Assembly (NCBI GenBank): GCA_044222185.1
Contig: JBGANV010000003.1
Span: 512,001-576,000 of the forward strand
Origin: Planctomycetota bacterium
GTDB taxonomy: Bacteria; Planctomycetota; GCA-002687715; CAIWVZ01
DNA: 64,000 nt
Direction: 5' to 3'
Shown here: piece by piece, positions 40,701 through 51,000 of the stretch
Position numbering within the stretch: the first letter of the stretch is position 1
Layout: each line of letters begins with the position of its first letter
Program-made: the position numbers and the translations under genes
The notes under the pieces: generated by a model
Told to the model about the DNA's origin: nothing
What the model saw: the letters and a program-made list of their open reading frames with translations, nothing else
Databases searched by the model: none

Positions 40701-41291
40701 CGCCGTGAGAACCCGGCGACGTTCAAGTCCGTCGTGAGCCGCGTGGCGGGGCAGGTCGAGGAGTCGGCCCGCTCGACGGACAGCCTGCTTTTCGCGCTCT
40801 ACCTCGCAATCTTCCTCGTCTACCTGGTGATGGCCGCGCAGTTCGAATCACTCGTCCACCCGTTCGTGATCATGTTCACGATCCCGCTGGCGCTCATCGG
40901 CGTCGTGTACGCGCTCCTGTGGACGAAGACGCCGATCTCCGTGATGGCGTACATCGGCGTGATCCTTCTGGCGGGGATCGTGGTGAACAACGCCATCATC
41001 CTCGTCGACACGGTCAATCGACTGCGGCGCGACGGGTGGATGCGCAACGACGCGCTCATCGAAGCCGCGAAGATCCGCCTGCGTCCAATCGCCATGACGA
41101 CGGGAACGACGGTCCTGGGACTCGTTCCGCTTGCGCTGGGGCTCGGCGAGGGCGCCGAGATCCGCCAACCCATGGCGATCGTCGTCATCGCCGGCCTGAC
41201 GTCGAGCACGTTGCTGACGCTCGTCGTCATCCCCGTCGTCTATTCGTTCTTCTCTCGTTCGGGTCCCATCAAGTCGGAGGCGCCGGCATGA
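37758..41291 (+). CDS. RND permease (AcrB/AcrD/AcrF family), subunit 1
   Basis: RPVAV, YPGAAP.EIE, GMLVDNSIVV, QFESL.HP and RLRPI.MT motifs. Confidence 0.95.
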   Translation: MTAPNAEPGSPLTSDSPSPARAAEAAKSGLAHFVVSRPVAVTMMVLAVCVFGAVSLGKLPVTLLPELSYPTLTVRTDYPGAAPAEIEELITKPLEENLAVVSNLTSYRSISRAGSSDVILEFSWNTPMQFAVQDVREKVDQLLPRLPRGVERSLILRYDPTFDPILRIGLYGDADLFRLRWYADEELKRRLENTPGVAAVKVKGGYEKELRVELDEKLLRQNKISLESINQRLQQENVNVAGGILRDGDVEYLVRTLNEFRTPDEIGALVISMQGGQPVRLNQLGRITPTNKERDVITRIEGRESVEIEIYKEADANLVQVGQAVKTRLFGKEWRKDLVDGEFRGKPESQDESEGTKKMGPEQAKPIAALMPAEMKLKVLGDSSVFIEQSLAEVRDNALQGAVLAILVLYAFLRRFKPTFIIAISIPISILATFAPLYLMGVSLNIMSLGGLALGVGMLVDNSIVVLEAVTRRRELGESVFAAAVNGTQEMAVSVWGSTLTTIVVFLPIVFVEGVSGQMFHDQALAIVFSLAASLVAAIVLVPMLASLGAGFGRTTAAGTTTRLGALAKVAGVDGSPWISWRQLAIAPGTSAFNLLWKVPLAVTQVPVELAGRALATVSLVVIGLVAGVVGGAGWLISKVCWPLLWLFEKSFNGFQSFLSWLLRVALKARFLTTLIVLGLSYAAFREAVGLKEDLIPPVHQGLFYIECQLDVGTSVDQTDERTKDLANIVRDAITREGIQIASISSAVGVPRDAIAKPGDGSHTSRLYVQLRTGAELSAVEERARTAARHALERVTGIGVPVIDAPQIVQTRSRLEVELVGTETNSLRDATSLLERAVEQVPGVIGARSTVRRGRPEITIRYDREALARYDLRLADVAGTIRNKIQGVVATRFTEHERKIDVVTRLPKDDLTSVATLTNLQINPGRTPPIPLSAVAQIDVADGPAEIRHVGGRRAEIIAADLTGMDLRGAGREIERRASELRRENPATFKSVVSRVAGQVEESARSTDSLLFALYLAIFLVYLVMAAQFESLVHPFVIMFTIPLALIGVVYALLWTKTPISVMAYIGVILLAGIVVNNAIILVDTVNRLRRDGWMRNDALIEAAKIRLRPIAMTTGTTVLGLVPLALGLGEGAEIRQPMAIVVIAGLTSSTLLTLVVIPVVYSFFSRSGPIKSEAPA

Positions 41292-44200
41292 CGACTGCGG
41301 TCGAGAAGGCGGTGATCTGGACGCTCTCGCGCCGCGTGACCATATTCGTGCTCGCGATCACGACGCTCGTGCTGGGCGTGATCGTCTATCGGCGCATGTC
41401 GATCGAGCTTCTCCCGCGCGGCATGACGCAGAACCAGATCTCCGTGTTCATCCCGGTCAACGCGGCCAACCCGGCGGAGGTGCAGGAATCGATCATCCGC
41501 CCGACGGAGGAGCTGATCCGCACGATCCCCGGGGTGACGAAGCTCAACTCCCGCGCACGCCCCAACAACGCCGGGATCGACGTGACGTTCTCGAAGGAGA
41601 TCGACATCAACCTCGCGGCCGCCGAGGTCCGCGACCGAGTCGAGCGCGCGCGCGTCGGCTGGCCCCAGGAGGTGCGGCAATACTCGATCTTCCGGTTCAA
41701 CATCGACACGGACCTGCCGGTCTATTCCTTCGGGATCGAACTCGATCACCCGACGGACGAGCTGACGTTCGTCGTCGAGGAGAAGATCCTGAAGCCGCTC
41801 GAAGCGATCCCGGGCGTCGCGCGAGTCACGTGCTGGGGTCTGCTTGAAGACCAGCTGCGCATCTACATCGACCGTGACAAGGCGCTCGCCGCCGGAATGA
41901 GCCTCTACGAGATCACGCAGAAGCTCCAGTTCGACAACGTGGACACCTCGGGCGGCGAAGTCGAGGAAGGCGGCCTCAAGTACACCGTCCGCAGCGTTGG
42001 ACGCTTCCGCAGCACGGACGACGTGAAGGAGTTCCCCCTCCGGCCGGGACTGACCCTCGGCCAGATCGCCACCATCGAACCGGAGAAGGCCGTCCGCGAT
42101 TTCGTCGTCCTTTCGGGCCGGACGCCCACTCTTTGGTGCCAGGTGCAGAAGGAATCGACGGCCAACATCGTCGAGACGTGCAACCGCGTCCGTGACGCGC
42201 TCCAGACTCGCATCGCGACCGACGAGAGGCTGAAGGAACTCGGCGTCCGGTTCGTCACGTTCGATCGGATGGACTTCGGTCACATGATCGGCGACGCGCT
42301 GAAGACGCTCGGCGACACGTGCCTCGACGGCGCTTGGCTCTCGGTCGTCGTCCTGCTCTACTTCCTCCGTCGCATCCGGCTGACCGCGATCATCACGCTC
42401 GCCATTCCCATGAGCCTGCTCATGACGGCCATGTGGATGGCGGCGACAGGAAGCACGGTCAACATCCTGAGTCTCCTCGGGGTGACCATTTCCATCGGGA
42501 TGCTCGTCGACAACGCCATCGTCGTCGTCGAATGCATCCAGCAGAAGCGCGAGGCCGGCATGCCCGGCATGGAAGCCGCGTGGCGCGGCACGGCGGAGGT
42601 CGCTCTCGCGGTGACGTTGTCGACGCTCACGACGGTGGTCGCGTTCCTTCCCCTGATCTTCATGAGCGGCGACCAGGAAATCACGTTCTTCACGTCGAAC
42701 ATCGGCCTGCCGCTCTGTTACGCCGTGCTCGCGAGCCTCGTCGTCGCGCTCGTCTTCGTGCCGCTCGGAACGGTGTTCTTCTATCCGAAGGGTGATCTCG
42801 TGACGCGCAACAGGATCCTTCGGAGGATCCGCAACTCGCGCTTCGTCGAGAAGATGACGGCCGCCTACGGCATGACGCTCGAGGCCACCCTGAGGCACCG
42901 ATTCGTGTCGATCCTCCTCATGGTCTCCGTCTCGTCACTGCTCACGTGGATCGCATGGACGAACATGGGCAAGACGAGCATCCGCAACGACAACGGCGGC
43001 GGACTCTCGATCCGCGTGGAGGTAGGCGCAAACTTCACGCTCAACGACTCCTACAAGGCGTTCGTCACGCTTGGCGAGGCCTTGGAGGCGATGAAGAGCG
43101 AGATCACGCTCACGCACTACTGGTGCTTCTTGAACAAGCGCAGCGGAGACATCTGGCTGCAGCTCGCCGAGCGCGATCCGAACAAGACGAAGGCCTACGC
43201 GGACATCATCAACAAGCGGCTGCCGCGGCTGCCGGGAGTGAAGACGTCCTGCGGCATGCGCGACGACGGCATGGACAAGTCGAAGATCACGTTTCGAGTC
43301 TTCGGCCCCGACGTCATGAAGCTCGCCGAGGTGTCGCGAGACGTGGCGGACGTCATCGCGTCCGTCCCGGGCGTGCTGACGGCCAAGTCGGACCTCGAGC
43401 CCGCGGAAGACGAGGTTCACATCCTCCCGGACCGCGCGAAGCTCCAGCGACTCGGCATCGTTCCCGAGGCACTGTGGGGAACCGTGCAGTACGGAGTGCG
43501 AGGTTTCCCACTGCGCGAACTCGCCGCCGGCGAGCGTGAGATCCCGCTCATCGTCCAGATGAAGGGCGGCGACACCCAGACCCTGACGGAGCTGCGCGAC
43601 ACCGCTCTGCGTTCGATGACGGGCACGGACGTCCCCATGTCCGCGGTCGCCAACCTCACAGTCACGCGCGGATTCGGCGAGATCCGCCGCGAACAGGGCA
43701 AGGCTCGCGCACTGATCAAGGTCGACGCGGCGATCGAGGACACGGCCAGCCTCACCTCACGGATCCGGGAGCGACTGAAGCGCCACAACCTCCCAGAGGG
43801 GTTCAGCTACGAGGACACACAGGGCGTCGACTTCACGGAAGGCATGAGGAACCTCGTCACGGCGGTCGTCATGGGGTTCGTCTTCGTGTTCCTGATCATG
43901 GGGATCATGTTCGAGTCGTTCCTGCTCCCGATCGCCGTCGCCGTGAGCGTGCCGTTTTCATGGGCCGCCGCCATCTGGGCGCTGGCCCTGGCCGACATGC
44001 CCATCGACTTCGTGGGCGCCATCTCGGCGATCGTTCTCGTCGGCGTCGTCGTCAACAACGGCATCGTGTTGATCGACTGCGCGCATCGGCTCCGACACGA
44101 AGGCCAGTCTCAGTTGCCCGCCCTCGTGAACGCCGGTCGGCTTCGCCTGCGTCCGATCCTCATGACGGCGCTCACGACGATCGTCGGCCTCGTGCCGACG

Positions 44201-44437
44201 GCGATGGTGAAGGCCTCGGGCTCGCAGATCTCCTACCAGTCGCTCGCCGTGGCACTGATCGGCGGTTTGTCGGTCTCGACGCTGCTCACGCTCTACGTGA
44301 CGCCGATCAGCTACTCGCTCCTTGACGACTTCCGCGGCTGGTTCGGCGGACTCGTGCGCGCGCTGATCCGGCCAGGCGTCGTCGATGTGCCGTCGGCGAC
44401 CGTCGCAGCGCCGCCCCCAAACCCGAGCGGCCTCTGA
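41288..44437 (+). CDS. RND permease, subunit 2
   Basis: ATGA overlap with subunit 1; GMLVDNAIVV, FES...P and RLRPILMT motifs. Confidence 0.93.
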   Translation: MTTAVEKAVIWTLSRRVTIFVLAITTLVLGVIVYRRMSIELLPRGMTQNQISVFIPVNAANPAEVQESIIRPTEELIRTIPGVTKLNSRARPNNAGIDVTFSKEIDINLAAAEVRDRVERARVGWPQEVRQYSIFRFNIDTDLPVYSFGIELDHPTDELTFVVEEKILKPLEAIPGVARVTCWGLLEDQLRIYIDRDKALAAGMSLYEITQKLQFDNVDTSGGEVEEGGLKYTVRSVGRFRSTDDVKEFPLRPGLTLGQIATIEPEKAVRDFVVLSGRTPTLWCQVQKESTANIVETCNRVRDALQTRIATDERLKELGVRFVTFDRMDFGHMIGDALKTLGDTCLDGAWLSVVVLLYFLRRIRLTAIITLAIPMSLLMTAMWMAATGSTVNILSLLGVTISIGMLVDNAIVVVECIQQKREAGMPGMEAAWRGTAEVALAVTLSTLTTVVAFLPLIFMSGDQEITFFTSNIGLPLCYAVLASLVVALVFVPLGTVFFYPKGDLVTRNRILRRIRNSRFVEKMTAAYGMTLEATLRHRFVSILLMVSVSSLLTWIAWTNMGKTSIRNDNGGGLSIRVEVGANFTLNDSYKAFVTLGEALEAMKSEITLTHYWCFLNKRSGDIWLQLAERDPNKTKAYADIINKRLPRLPGVKTSCGMRDDGMDKSKITFRVFGPDVMKLAEVSRDVADVIASVPGVLTAKSDLEPAEDEVHILPDRAKLQRLGIVPEALWGTVQYGVRGFPLRELAAGEREIPLIVQMKGGDTQTLTELRDTALRSMTGTDVPMSAVANLTVTRGFGEIRREQGKARALIKVDAAIEDTASLTSRIRERLKRHNLPEGFSYEDTQGVDFTEGMRNLVTAVVMGFVFVFLIMGIMFESFLLPIAVAVSVPFSWAAAIWALALADMPIDFVGAISAIVLVGVVVNNGIVLIDCAHRLRHEGQSQLPALVNAGRLRLRPILMTALTTIVGLVPTAMVKASGSQISYQSLAVALIGGLSVSTLLTLYVTPISYSLLDDFRGWFGGLVRALIRPGVVDVPSATVAAPPPNPSGL

Positions 44438-44518
44438 GACTGCACGGACTCCGCGGCCCACGGCCGAAGCCGCTCGGTGCGCCTTGGCGGAGGCGGCAGG
44501 AAGCCGCAGACGCCGCGT

Positions 44519-46504
44519 TCAGTTCCGCAGCCGGGGAAACCGGTAGCGCGTCTCCAGGCACATCGTCATGAGGGCGGTCGTACCCACACGTCCCGCATCC
44601 ACCGCCCACGAGTCAGCCGGGTCCCAGCTCCCGCGCGCACATCCCGTCTTCACCTGATGCTCGAGAAGCGCGGCCTCGAGCGCCGGCGCCCACTGGGTCC
44701 ACAGCTCGCCGCCCGCCTGGAACGCGGCGAGCGAACCCCAGTACCAGTAGACGGCGTCGACCGAGCCGGGCACCGCATCCCACCGGGGAAGCCTGGCCGA
44801 GAGACGTGCGCTCGCCTTGGCCTCGAGGTGCACGGGAGCCGCGGGCCGACAGAGGAAGCGGCACGCCAGGGCCTCGGCCGTGAGCGCCTCGCTCGCCGTC
44901 GGCAAAGCCCGCGCACCGACGGATGCGACCCCGAGCGGGGCGTCTCCGGCGGCGAGGTATCCCGTGCGCCCGGTTTCCGGATCGCTGACGGCGTCGAGAA
45001 ACCCGAGGGCCTCTTCGGTGTAGCGCCCGTCCGCCGCGATCCCCGCCTCCTGCGCCGCGCGCAGCGCCAGGAGCATCCACCCAGTGGGGGAACGGGCATC
45101 GTCACCCGAACGAACGCCGTCGCGCCATGCCTTCTCGGGGTTTCCGTACTCACGGAGCGCCGCCAGGGCCCGGTCCGCGCAACGCCGCCACGACGCACGC
45201 CGTGTGGCGTGGTGCGCCTCGCACATCGCCATCGTCGCACACGCCTGCGCGTCGATGGAGCGTCCGAGGTCCGACGACGCGAACGACCCCGCCGGCCCCT
45301 GCGTCGACGCGAGGAACCTGAGTCCACGCGAGACGGCGTCCCGGTACGAACTGGGACGGGCGTCGTCATACCCTGCGCCAAGAAACGCCATGAGCGCGAG
45401 GCCCGTGACGAGAGTGTCGCGGGCCGGCGAGCCGATGCCGCCGCACGGTGTGCCGAGCGCCTCGTCGCAACGGTCGGGGAATCCAGCGCCGCCCCAGCCT
45501 CCCGAGGGGTCCTGATGGCGTCGCAACCAGTCCAGGCCCGCCATCACGGCCGCGTCGGTCGATTGGATCTGACCTGCAAGGGCCGTCCGGCGGGTGAGAC
45601 GCTCGCTGCGTCGCACATCCGACACCGGTTGGATCGGACGCGTCGCGGCATGGCCCGACCGGACCGTGAGCATGACGGTCACGATCCCCTCCCGCTTCGC
45701 GGCGTTGACCACGCGAACGACGTCCTGCCACGCCACGTTTGCGGTTGCGTCGACGACGAGCGGCTCGTTGGCGCGCGCCGCGTTCCCGCTCGCGTCGTAG
45801 ACCTCGCGAATCGCGGCCTGCAACCCCTTCACGCCGGGCTCCGGTGGCACGACGGGAGCGCGGCCCAAGAGAATCACGATCGGCTGGGTCATGCCGGTAT
45901 CGGGATCGCTCCCGACCATCACCCGGATCGGCCGCCGCTCGGAGGCGGATGGCGCCGACTCCACGGAGAGATCGCACGCGATGCGCGCCACGGCAACGAA
46001 CGCCCGCGAAGGCGCAGCGACGATCGAGACCTTGCGGATACCGATTGCCGCCGCCGAAGCGAGCGCGTCCCGCACGACGATGTATGGGGCGCCGGAATCG
46101 GCGCGCACCATGACCGACCGTTCGCTCGACGATGACTGGACAGGCCGGGTGGCGCTCGCGAGATCGGAAGGGGTGCTGACGATCACGCGTTGATCGGCCG
46201 GATCGCCCGACGACGATTCCTGAAAGAACGTCGTCCGCCAGTGGGTGGCGTCCGTACATGCGCGATCGCCGTTCGCCGCATGTGCCGGGCAGGGCTGCGC
46301 ACCCAAGCCCGCGTGTCCGATTTCGATCACGACGCCGAGGACCGAATCCGCTGCAGCATCAGTCACGGCCTGATCTGCGATCGGCAGGGTGAACGGAGGA
46401 GACTCGGCGGTGCGGACGTTCGCGTCCTGGGCACAGAGAAGCCGAGCACCAAACAGCAGCCACGCAATGCACGCCACCCTGGTGACACAGCTGGTACTCG
46501 GCAT
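44519..46504 (-). CDS. Secreted protein: two ExbD/TolR-like domains fused to a prenyltransferase/squalene-oxidase repeat barrel
   Basis: VRADSGAPY..V...L and VDATANVAWQDVV.V motifs; GLDWL..HQ..SG.W, GLRFL..TQ...GSF, YWYWG and GSWDP repeats. Confidence 0.8.
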   Translation of the reverse strand: MPSTSCVTRVACIAWLLFGARLLCAQDANVRTAESPPFTLPIADQAVTDAAADSVLGVVIEIGHAGLGAQPCPAHAANGDRACTDATHWRTTFFQESSSGDPADQRVIVSTPSDLASATRPVQSSSSERSVMVRADSGAPYIVVRDALASAAAIGIRKVSIVAAPSRAFVAVARIACDLSVESAPSASERRPIRVMVGSDPDTGMTQPIVILLGRAPVVPPEPGVKGLQAAIREVYDASGNAARANEPLVVDATANVAWQDVVRVVNAAKREGIVTVMLTVRSGHAATRPIQPVSDVRRSERLTRRTALAGQIQSTDAAVMAGLDWLRRHQDPSGGWGGAGFPDRCDEALGTPCGGIGSPARDTLVTGLALMAFLGAGYDDARPSSYRDAVSRGLRFLASTQGPAGSFASSDLGRSIDAQACATMAMCEAHHATRRASWRRCADRALAALREYGNPEKAWRDGVRSGDDARSPTGWMLLALRAAQEAGIAADGRYTEEALGFLDAVSDPETGRTGYLAAGDAPLGVASVGARALPTASEALTAEALACRFLCRPAAPVHLEAKASARLSARLPRWDAVPGSVDAVYWYWGSLAAFQAGGELWTQWAPALEAALLEHQVKTGCARGSWDPADSWAVDAGRVGTTALMTMCLETRYRFPRLRN

Positions 46505-46682
46505 GCTCACCTCCTCGGCGCCGCCCCTCACCTGGGCGACCTCACGCCGTCCGCTCGGACGCGGGTGCAAGCGTACTGGCGGCACGCGCACCCGAATCCA
46601 TCTGACGGGGCAATGTACCCGACGCCAACGTCCAACGGTGACGCACGGACGAGTTTGCCGCTCCCCGATGCCCCGCCGCCGA

Positions 46683-46703
46683 CTGAAATCAGCCTGAAAT
46701 CAG
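46683..46703. repeat. Tandem CTGAAATCAG x2 (11-bp period) in a divergent intergenic region
   Basis: CTGAAATCAG-C-CTGAAATCAG; each unit is a CTGA-N2-TCAG palindrome. Confidence 0.6.
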
Positions 46704-46849
46704 GGATGAACGGACCCAACGGCGACCCGATTCCCGATCCATCATCGCGCCCTCGCCGTCTTCGAAGGCTCGCCGATGATCGTCGCACGTCACGCGACCG
46801 CGACATGGTGAGCAGGCCGCCCCATCCTCATTCACGTGCCGGAGCACCC

Positions 46850-48064
46850 ATGCCACGCACGTTCTCGGTCCTGATCCTCGGTGTCGTCGCGCTCATCATG
46901 CCAAGCCACGGACAGTGCGTGAACGGAACCACCACGAGCCTCGCATTCGACGACGGCGATGGGGTCCGCATACCCCAGCCCGGCGCAGCGGCCCTCGGCG
47001 GATTTGCAGACGTCACGGTGGAGGCGTGGTTCCGTACCGCGTCGACGGGGTTTCAGAGCCTCGTCTGCAGCCAGGACAACTCGACCCTTCAGCAGGCGTT
47101 CCTCCTGCGCCAGAGCTCCGGCTCGGTCCAACTCGCGATGAACGCCGGACAGTCGGCCATCGGGGGCGGTCCGAATCTCGCGGACAGCGCGTGGCATCAC
47201 GTGGCGGTCGCTCGCAGGGCCAGTGCGGTGAACCTCTACCTCGACGGCACGCTCACCACGACCGTCACGTTCACGGCGCCGCTCGTTGCCTCCGCGTCCG
47301 ACTTCTCGATCGGATGCCACATGTCGATCGGAGCGCCGGTCGTCCCTTCGGGGTTCAACGGCGACCTGGACGAGATCCGCGTCTGGTCCGTGAGGCGGAC
47401 CCTGCCACAGATCGACTCCACGAGGTTCTCCGTGCTGAACGGCAACGAAACCGGCCTCGTCGGCCATTGGCGCTTCAACGACGGCGCTGGTCAGACGGTC
47501 ACCAACTCGGCCACGGCAACCGGGGCATCGCTGAACGGAACTCTCGGTGCCTCCACGGCGGTGTTCACGGACGATCCGACGTGGACGTTCTCCACGACGG
47601 CACCGCTGACGCAATGCGCCCCCAGCAACGGCCAACCGAACACCGCGGCCGCGTCACTCCGCATCAACGGAGTGGGCGACATCGGCGTGAACGGGCCCTT
47701 CCAGGTGATCGTCCCGACGACCGGCGCTGGCGCGGGCCAGGTCACGCTCTCGTGGGCGGGCCCGCCGACCGCCGCGCTCGTTCTGCTCCCCGGTGTGCCG
47801 CAGACGAACGCAGCGATCATCCCCTGCGTCGGCCGCCTCGATCTCACAGTGAACGGGCTCACCGTCGTCGGCGATCACGTCCATACGCCGCTCTCCATCA
47901 ACGACCTCTTCGTGACGGACACGAACGGCGCGCCGCAGACGACCTTCACCGTCCCAATCGCGGTGCTCGGCGCGCCATGGGTCACGCGGCAAGGCGCCGC
48001 GTTCGCTCCGTCATGCGGCGGCACGACGCCGTTCACGCTGACGACGGCGCTCACGATCCGTTGA
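46850..48064 (+). CDS. Secreted LamG/concanavalin-like domain protein with C-terminal beta domain
   Basis: TVEAW, WHHVAV, LYLDG, FNGDLDEIRVW and LVGHWRF motifs; GGAG RBS and signal peptide. Confidence 0.88.
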   Translation: MPRTFSVLILGVVALIMPSHGQCVNGTTTSLAFDDGDGVRIPQPGAAALGGFADVTVEAWFRTASTGFQSLVCSQDNSTLQQAFLLRQSSGSVQLAMNAGQSAIGGGPNLADSAWHHVAVARRASAVNLYLDGTLTTTVTFTAPLVASASDFSIGCHMSIGAPVVPSGFNGDLDEIRVWSVRRTLPQIDSTRFSVLNGNETGLVGHWRFNDGAGQTVTNSATATGASLNGTLGASTAVFTDDPTWTFSTTAPLTQCAPSNGQPNTAAASLRINGVGDIGVNGPFQVIVPTTGAGAGQVTLSWAGPPTAALVLLPGVPQTNAAIIPCVGRLDLTVNGLTVVGDHVHTPLSINDLFVTDTNGAPQTTFTVPIAVLGAPWVTRQGAAFAPSCGGTTPFTLTTALTIR

Positions 48065-48096
48065 TCCCTCGCCCGCCGGCGAAACCTGGCTCGGCG

Positions 48097-51000
48097 CTAG
48101 AAGCTCAGGTTGCGACGCGCCCACGTCAGGCGGAACCCGAGTGGCGCCGCCGGGTCGGGATAGAGAGCCTGCGCCGAGAGCGTGACCCCCAGCGCGGGGC
48201 TCGGCATGGTGATGCCCGGAAGCACGAAGGTTCCGCCTGGCGCCGTCCCGTTGGGATCGGGGGCGAATGCCGCGGGGACGGGCGGCGCAAGGACGCCACT
48301 CCCATCGAACAACACCAGCATCCCAGGCGACCCCACGCCCAGGACGAGGTTCGTCACGGACTCCGGGAAGGCGCCGACGGGATCCGGGTTGCCGAGATCG
48401 AGCACGTACGTGATCGGCGCGTTCGGCAATCCCCCCTCGAGAAACAGACTGAAGCTGGTTCCTGGAGCCGGTGAGGGTGGCGCGAGCCGGATCGTGCCCT
48501 GATTCGTACCGGTCCCGACCCGTAGCGCCACCGCGTTCGACTCCGAGTCCGAACCGGTCGACACGTGTACGGTGATTCCGCCGATCTCACGAAGCACGGT
48601 CATACCGGCGGGCAGCGTTGCGTCGAGCCGGCCCGACGTCACGTAGGTGGTCGACAGCGGAAGCCCGTTTCCGAGCACGACGCTGCTCGGAACGAACCCG
48701 CTACCCATCACCTGAACGGTCACCGCCGGCGCCCCGACCGGCTGCGGTGGGACGGTCGCCGGCACGAGGCTCGTGATGTGCTGCCCGATGATCGTCAAGG
48801 TCCGCGCGGCGGAGGTGCCACCACCCGGCCCCGGCGTCTGCACGGTGACGAGTGCGTCCCGCGGCGGCCACGAGAGCGACGGAGGCACGACGGCTGCGAG
48901 TCCAGTCGTCGAGTTCCAGGTCGTCGGGATCGGCGTCCCGTCCACGACGATCTGGGACTGGCCGGCGATGAACGCGCTACCGGACACCGCGAGCGTGAGC
49001 GGACCGGTTCCCAGGACGTGCGCCGATGGCGTCGATGCGGTGAGGACGGGCGCGGCGTTCGTCACGACGAACGCGAGCGTTGCCGAGTTCCCGCCGCCGG
49101 GTGCGGGATTCGTCGCCTGGATCGTGCGGGTCCCCGCGGACGAGAGCACGGACGCGGGCAGGACGACGTCCAATCGGCCCGGACTCACGAACGTCGCCGG
49201 CAGCACCACGCCGTCGACGCGCACCGTCGCCCCGGGAACGAAGTTGGCCCCGAGCAACGTGACGGACGTGGCGACGGCTTGCCCGTCGAACTCGAACGTG
49301 CTGGGCACGCTGGACGTCAGCGTGGGCGGAACGTTCGGCGAGACGTCGAGGGTGACGGAATACGGCGTGACGGATGTGGCGGGCCCACCATCGCGAAACA
49401 CCACGATCGCGTGCGGACCGGGAGTCAGCACCATGGTGACGAACGACGGCGCGCCGCCGGCGTTCGCCTGGCTTCTGGCGCGCCATCCGGAGCCCGAAGC
49501 CGGGGCGAAGAGTGCCCACCCTGATGCACCGCCGGTCATGCCCACGACGTACGTGCCCGTCGAAGGGACGTCGAACTGGTGCAAGCGCACGAAGGACCCG
49601 AGGGGCATCAGGCTCGACTGAGTCCCGGGGGCGGACGGGAACAAGGCATAGACGTGCTCCGCCGTCGTCGCCGTGCTTCCCGTGGGAACGCGCGCGAGGA
49701 CTCCGCTCGTCGCGGTGATCGGGCCGCCATGCCCGTTGGCGACGAGGAAGTCGCAGGCGTTCCCACCGAGGACCGACGGCACGTTCCCGATCTGCATGTT
49801 CCAGTCCGGCGGACCCGAGACTCCGACGACGTTCCAAGCCCCGTTCCATGGGGTGACCGTGAACGGCTGGCAGAGCAAGGAGGTGTTGACGGGCGTCGTC
49901 GTCGCGGCCGTCAACGGAAGCGTGGGCGCCGCCCCGCAGACGGACACCGCGAATGGCATCGACTGCGACGACGCGCTTCCGCTGTCGTTCCACACGACGA
50001 GCGTGTAGACGGCCGTCGCGAGATTCATGGGCAGCGAAACGTGACCGACGGATCCGCCGGCCTGCGCCATCGCGGGCGATTGCCAGACGCCGGGGGCTCC
50101 CGGACCGAAGAACGCCCACCGCAGGCTCGGATCCCCGGCGGTTGCGACCAGGTACGACCCGGGTGTCGGAGGGACGAGGTACAGCGCGCGGTGGAGGTGC
50201 CCCGCGTCGATCGCGCTCGAGACCTGCGCGTTCGATGCCATGGGCGTGGCCAGGGCGTAGTCTGCGACGGCGAGCGGTGCGCCGCCGTTCGCCGAGAACA
50301 ACCCCGAGTCCGTGGTCACACCCTGGGGGGCGTTCAAGACTGCCACGTTGCAGCCGGGGCCTGCGTTCGTCACGGTCGTAGTTCCGATCGACAGGCTCCA
50401 GGGACCCTGCGACGCAAGCGACACGACGTTGGGCACGGTCTGGTTCTGGAACGCGTACGTCGCGAATGGCTGACACCCGTTGGTGACCGCGGCCGGAATG
50501 CCCGGCGTGAGAATCAGCTCGTCGACGTGGTTGCACACTCGGACCGTCAGCGCGGCGTTGGCCAATCCCGCGGCCCCGCCATTGCGGCTGACCACGAGCA
50601 CGCACCGCCCCGGTGAGAGCGAGACGAAACTCACCGGATTCCCGCCAGCCGTGGCGGAGGCGGCCGGTGTCGCGAGCGTCCGCGTTCGCCACGACGAATC
50701 ACCGACGGCCGAATACAGGAACCAGGTGAGCGTCGGGTCTCCGGCCACCGTGACGTCGTGAAGACCACCGTTCGATACGACCTCGAAGGCCTGAACGACG
50801 TCGGTGTTTGCCCAGGTCGTCGTGACCGGAACACCGATGGACAGCGGAACTGCGACGGCATGCTGGATGCGCGCCGAGCCCGCGCCGTAGGCCTGCACCG
50901 TGGACGCTGCGGGCAGTCCCTGGGCTCCATCCTGAATGAGGAACTCGCAAGCATCACCGCTGGAGTTGCTCGTCAACCCCGGCGCCGTGCCGGCGCGCAG

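Noticed and set aside
44519-45600. Squalene-hopene cyclase call
   Set aside because: Only one barrel, no DXDD motif, and the protein has a signal peptide.
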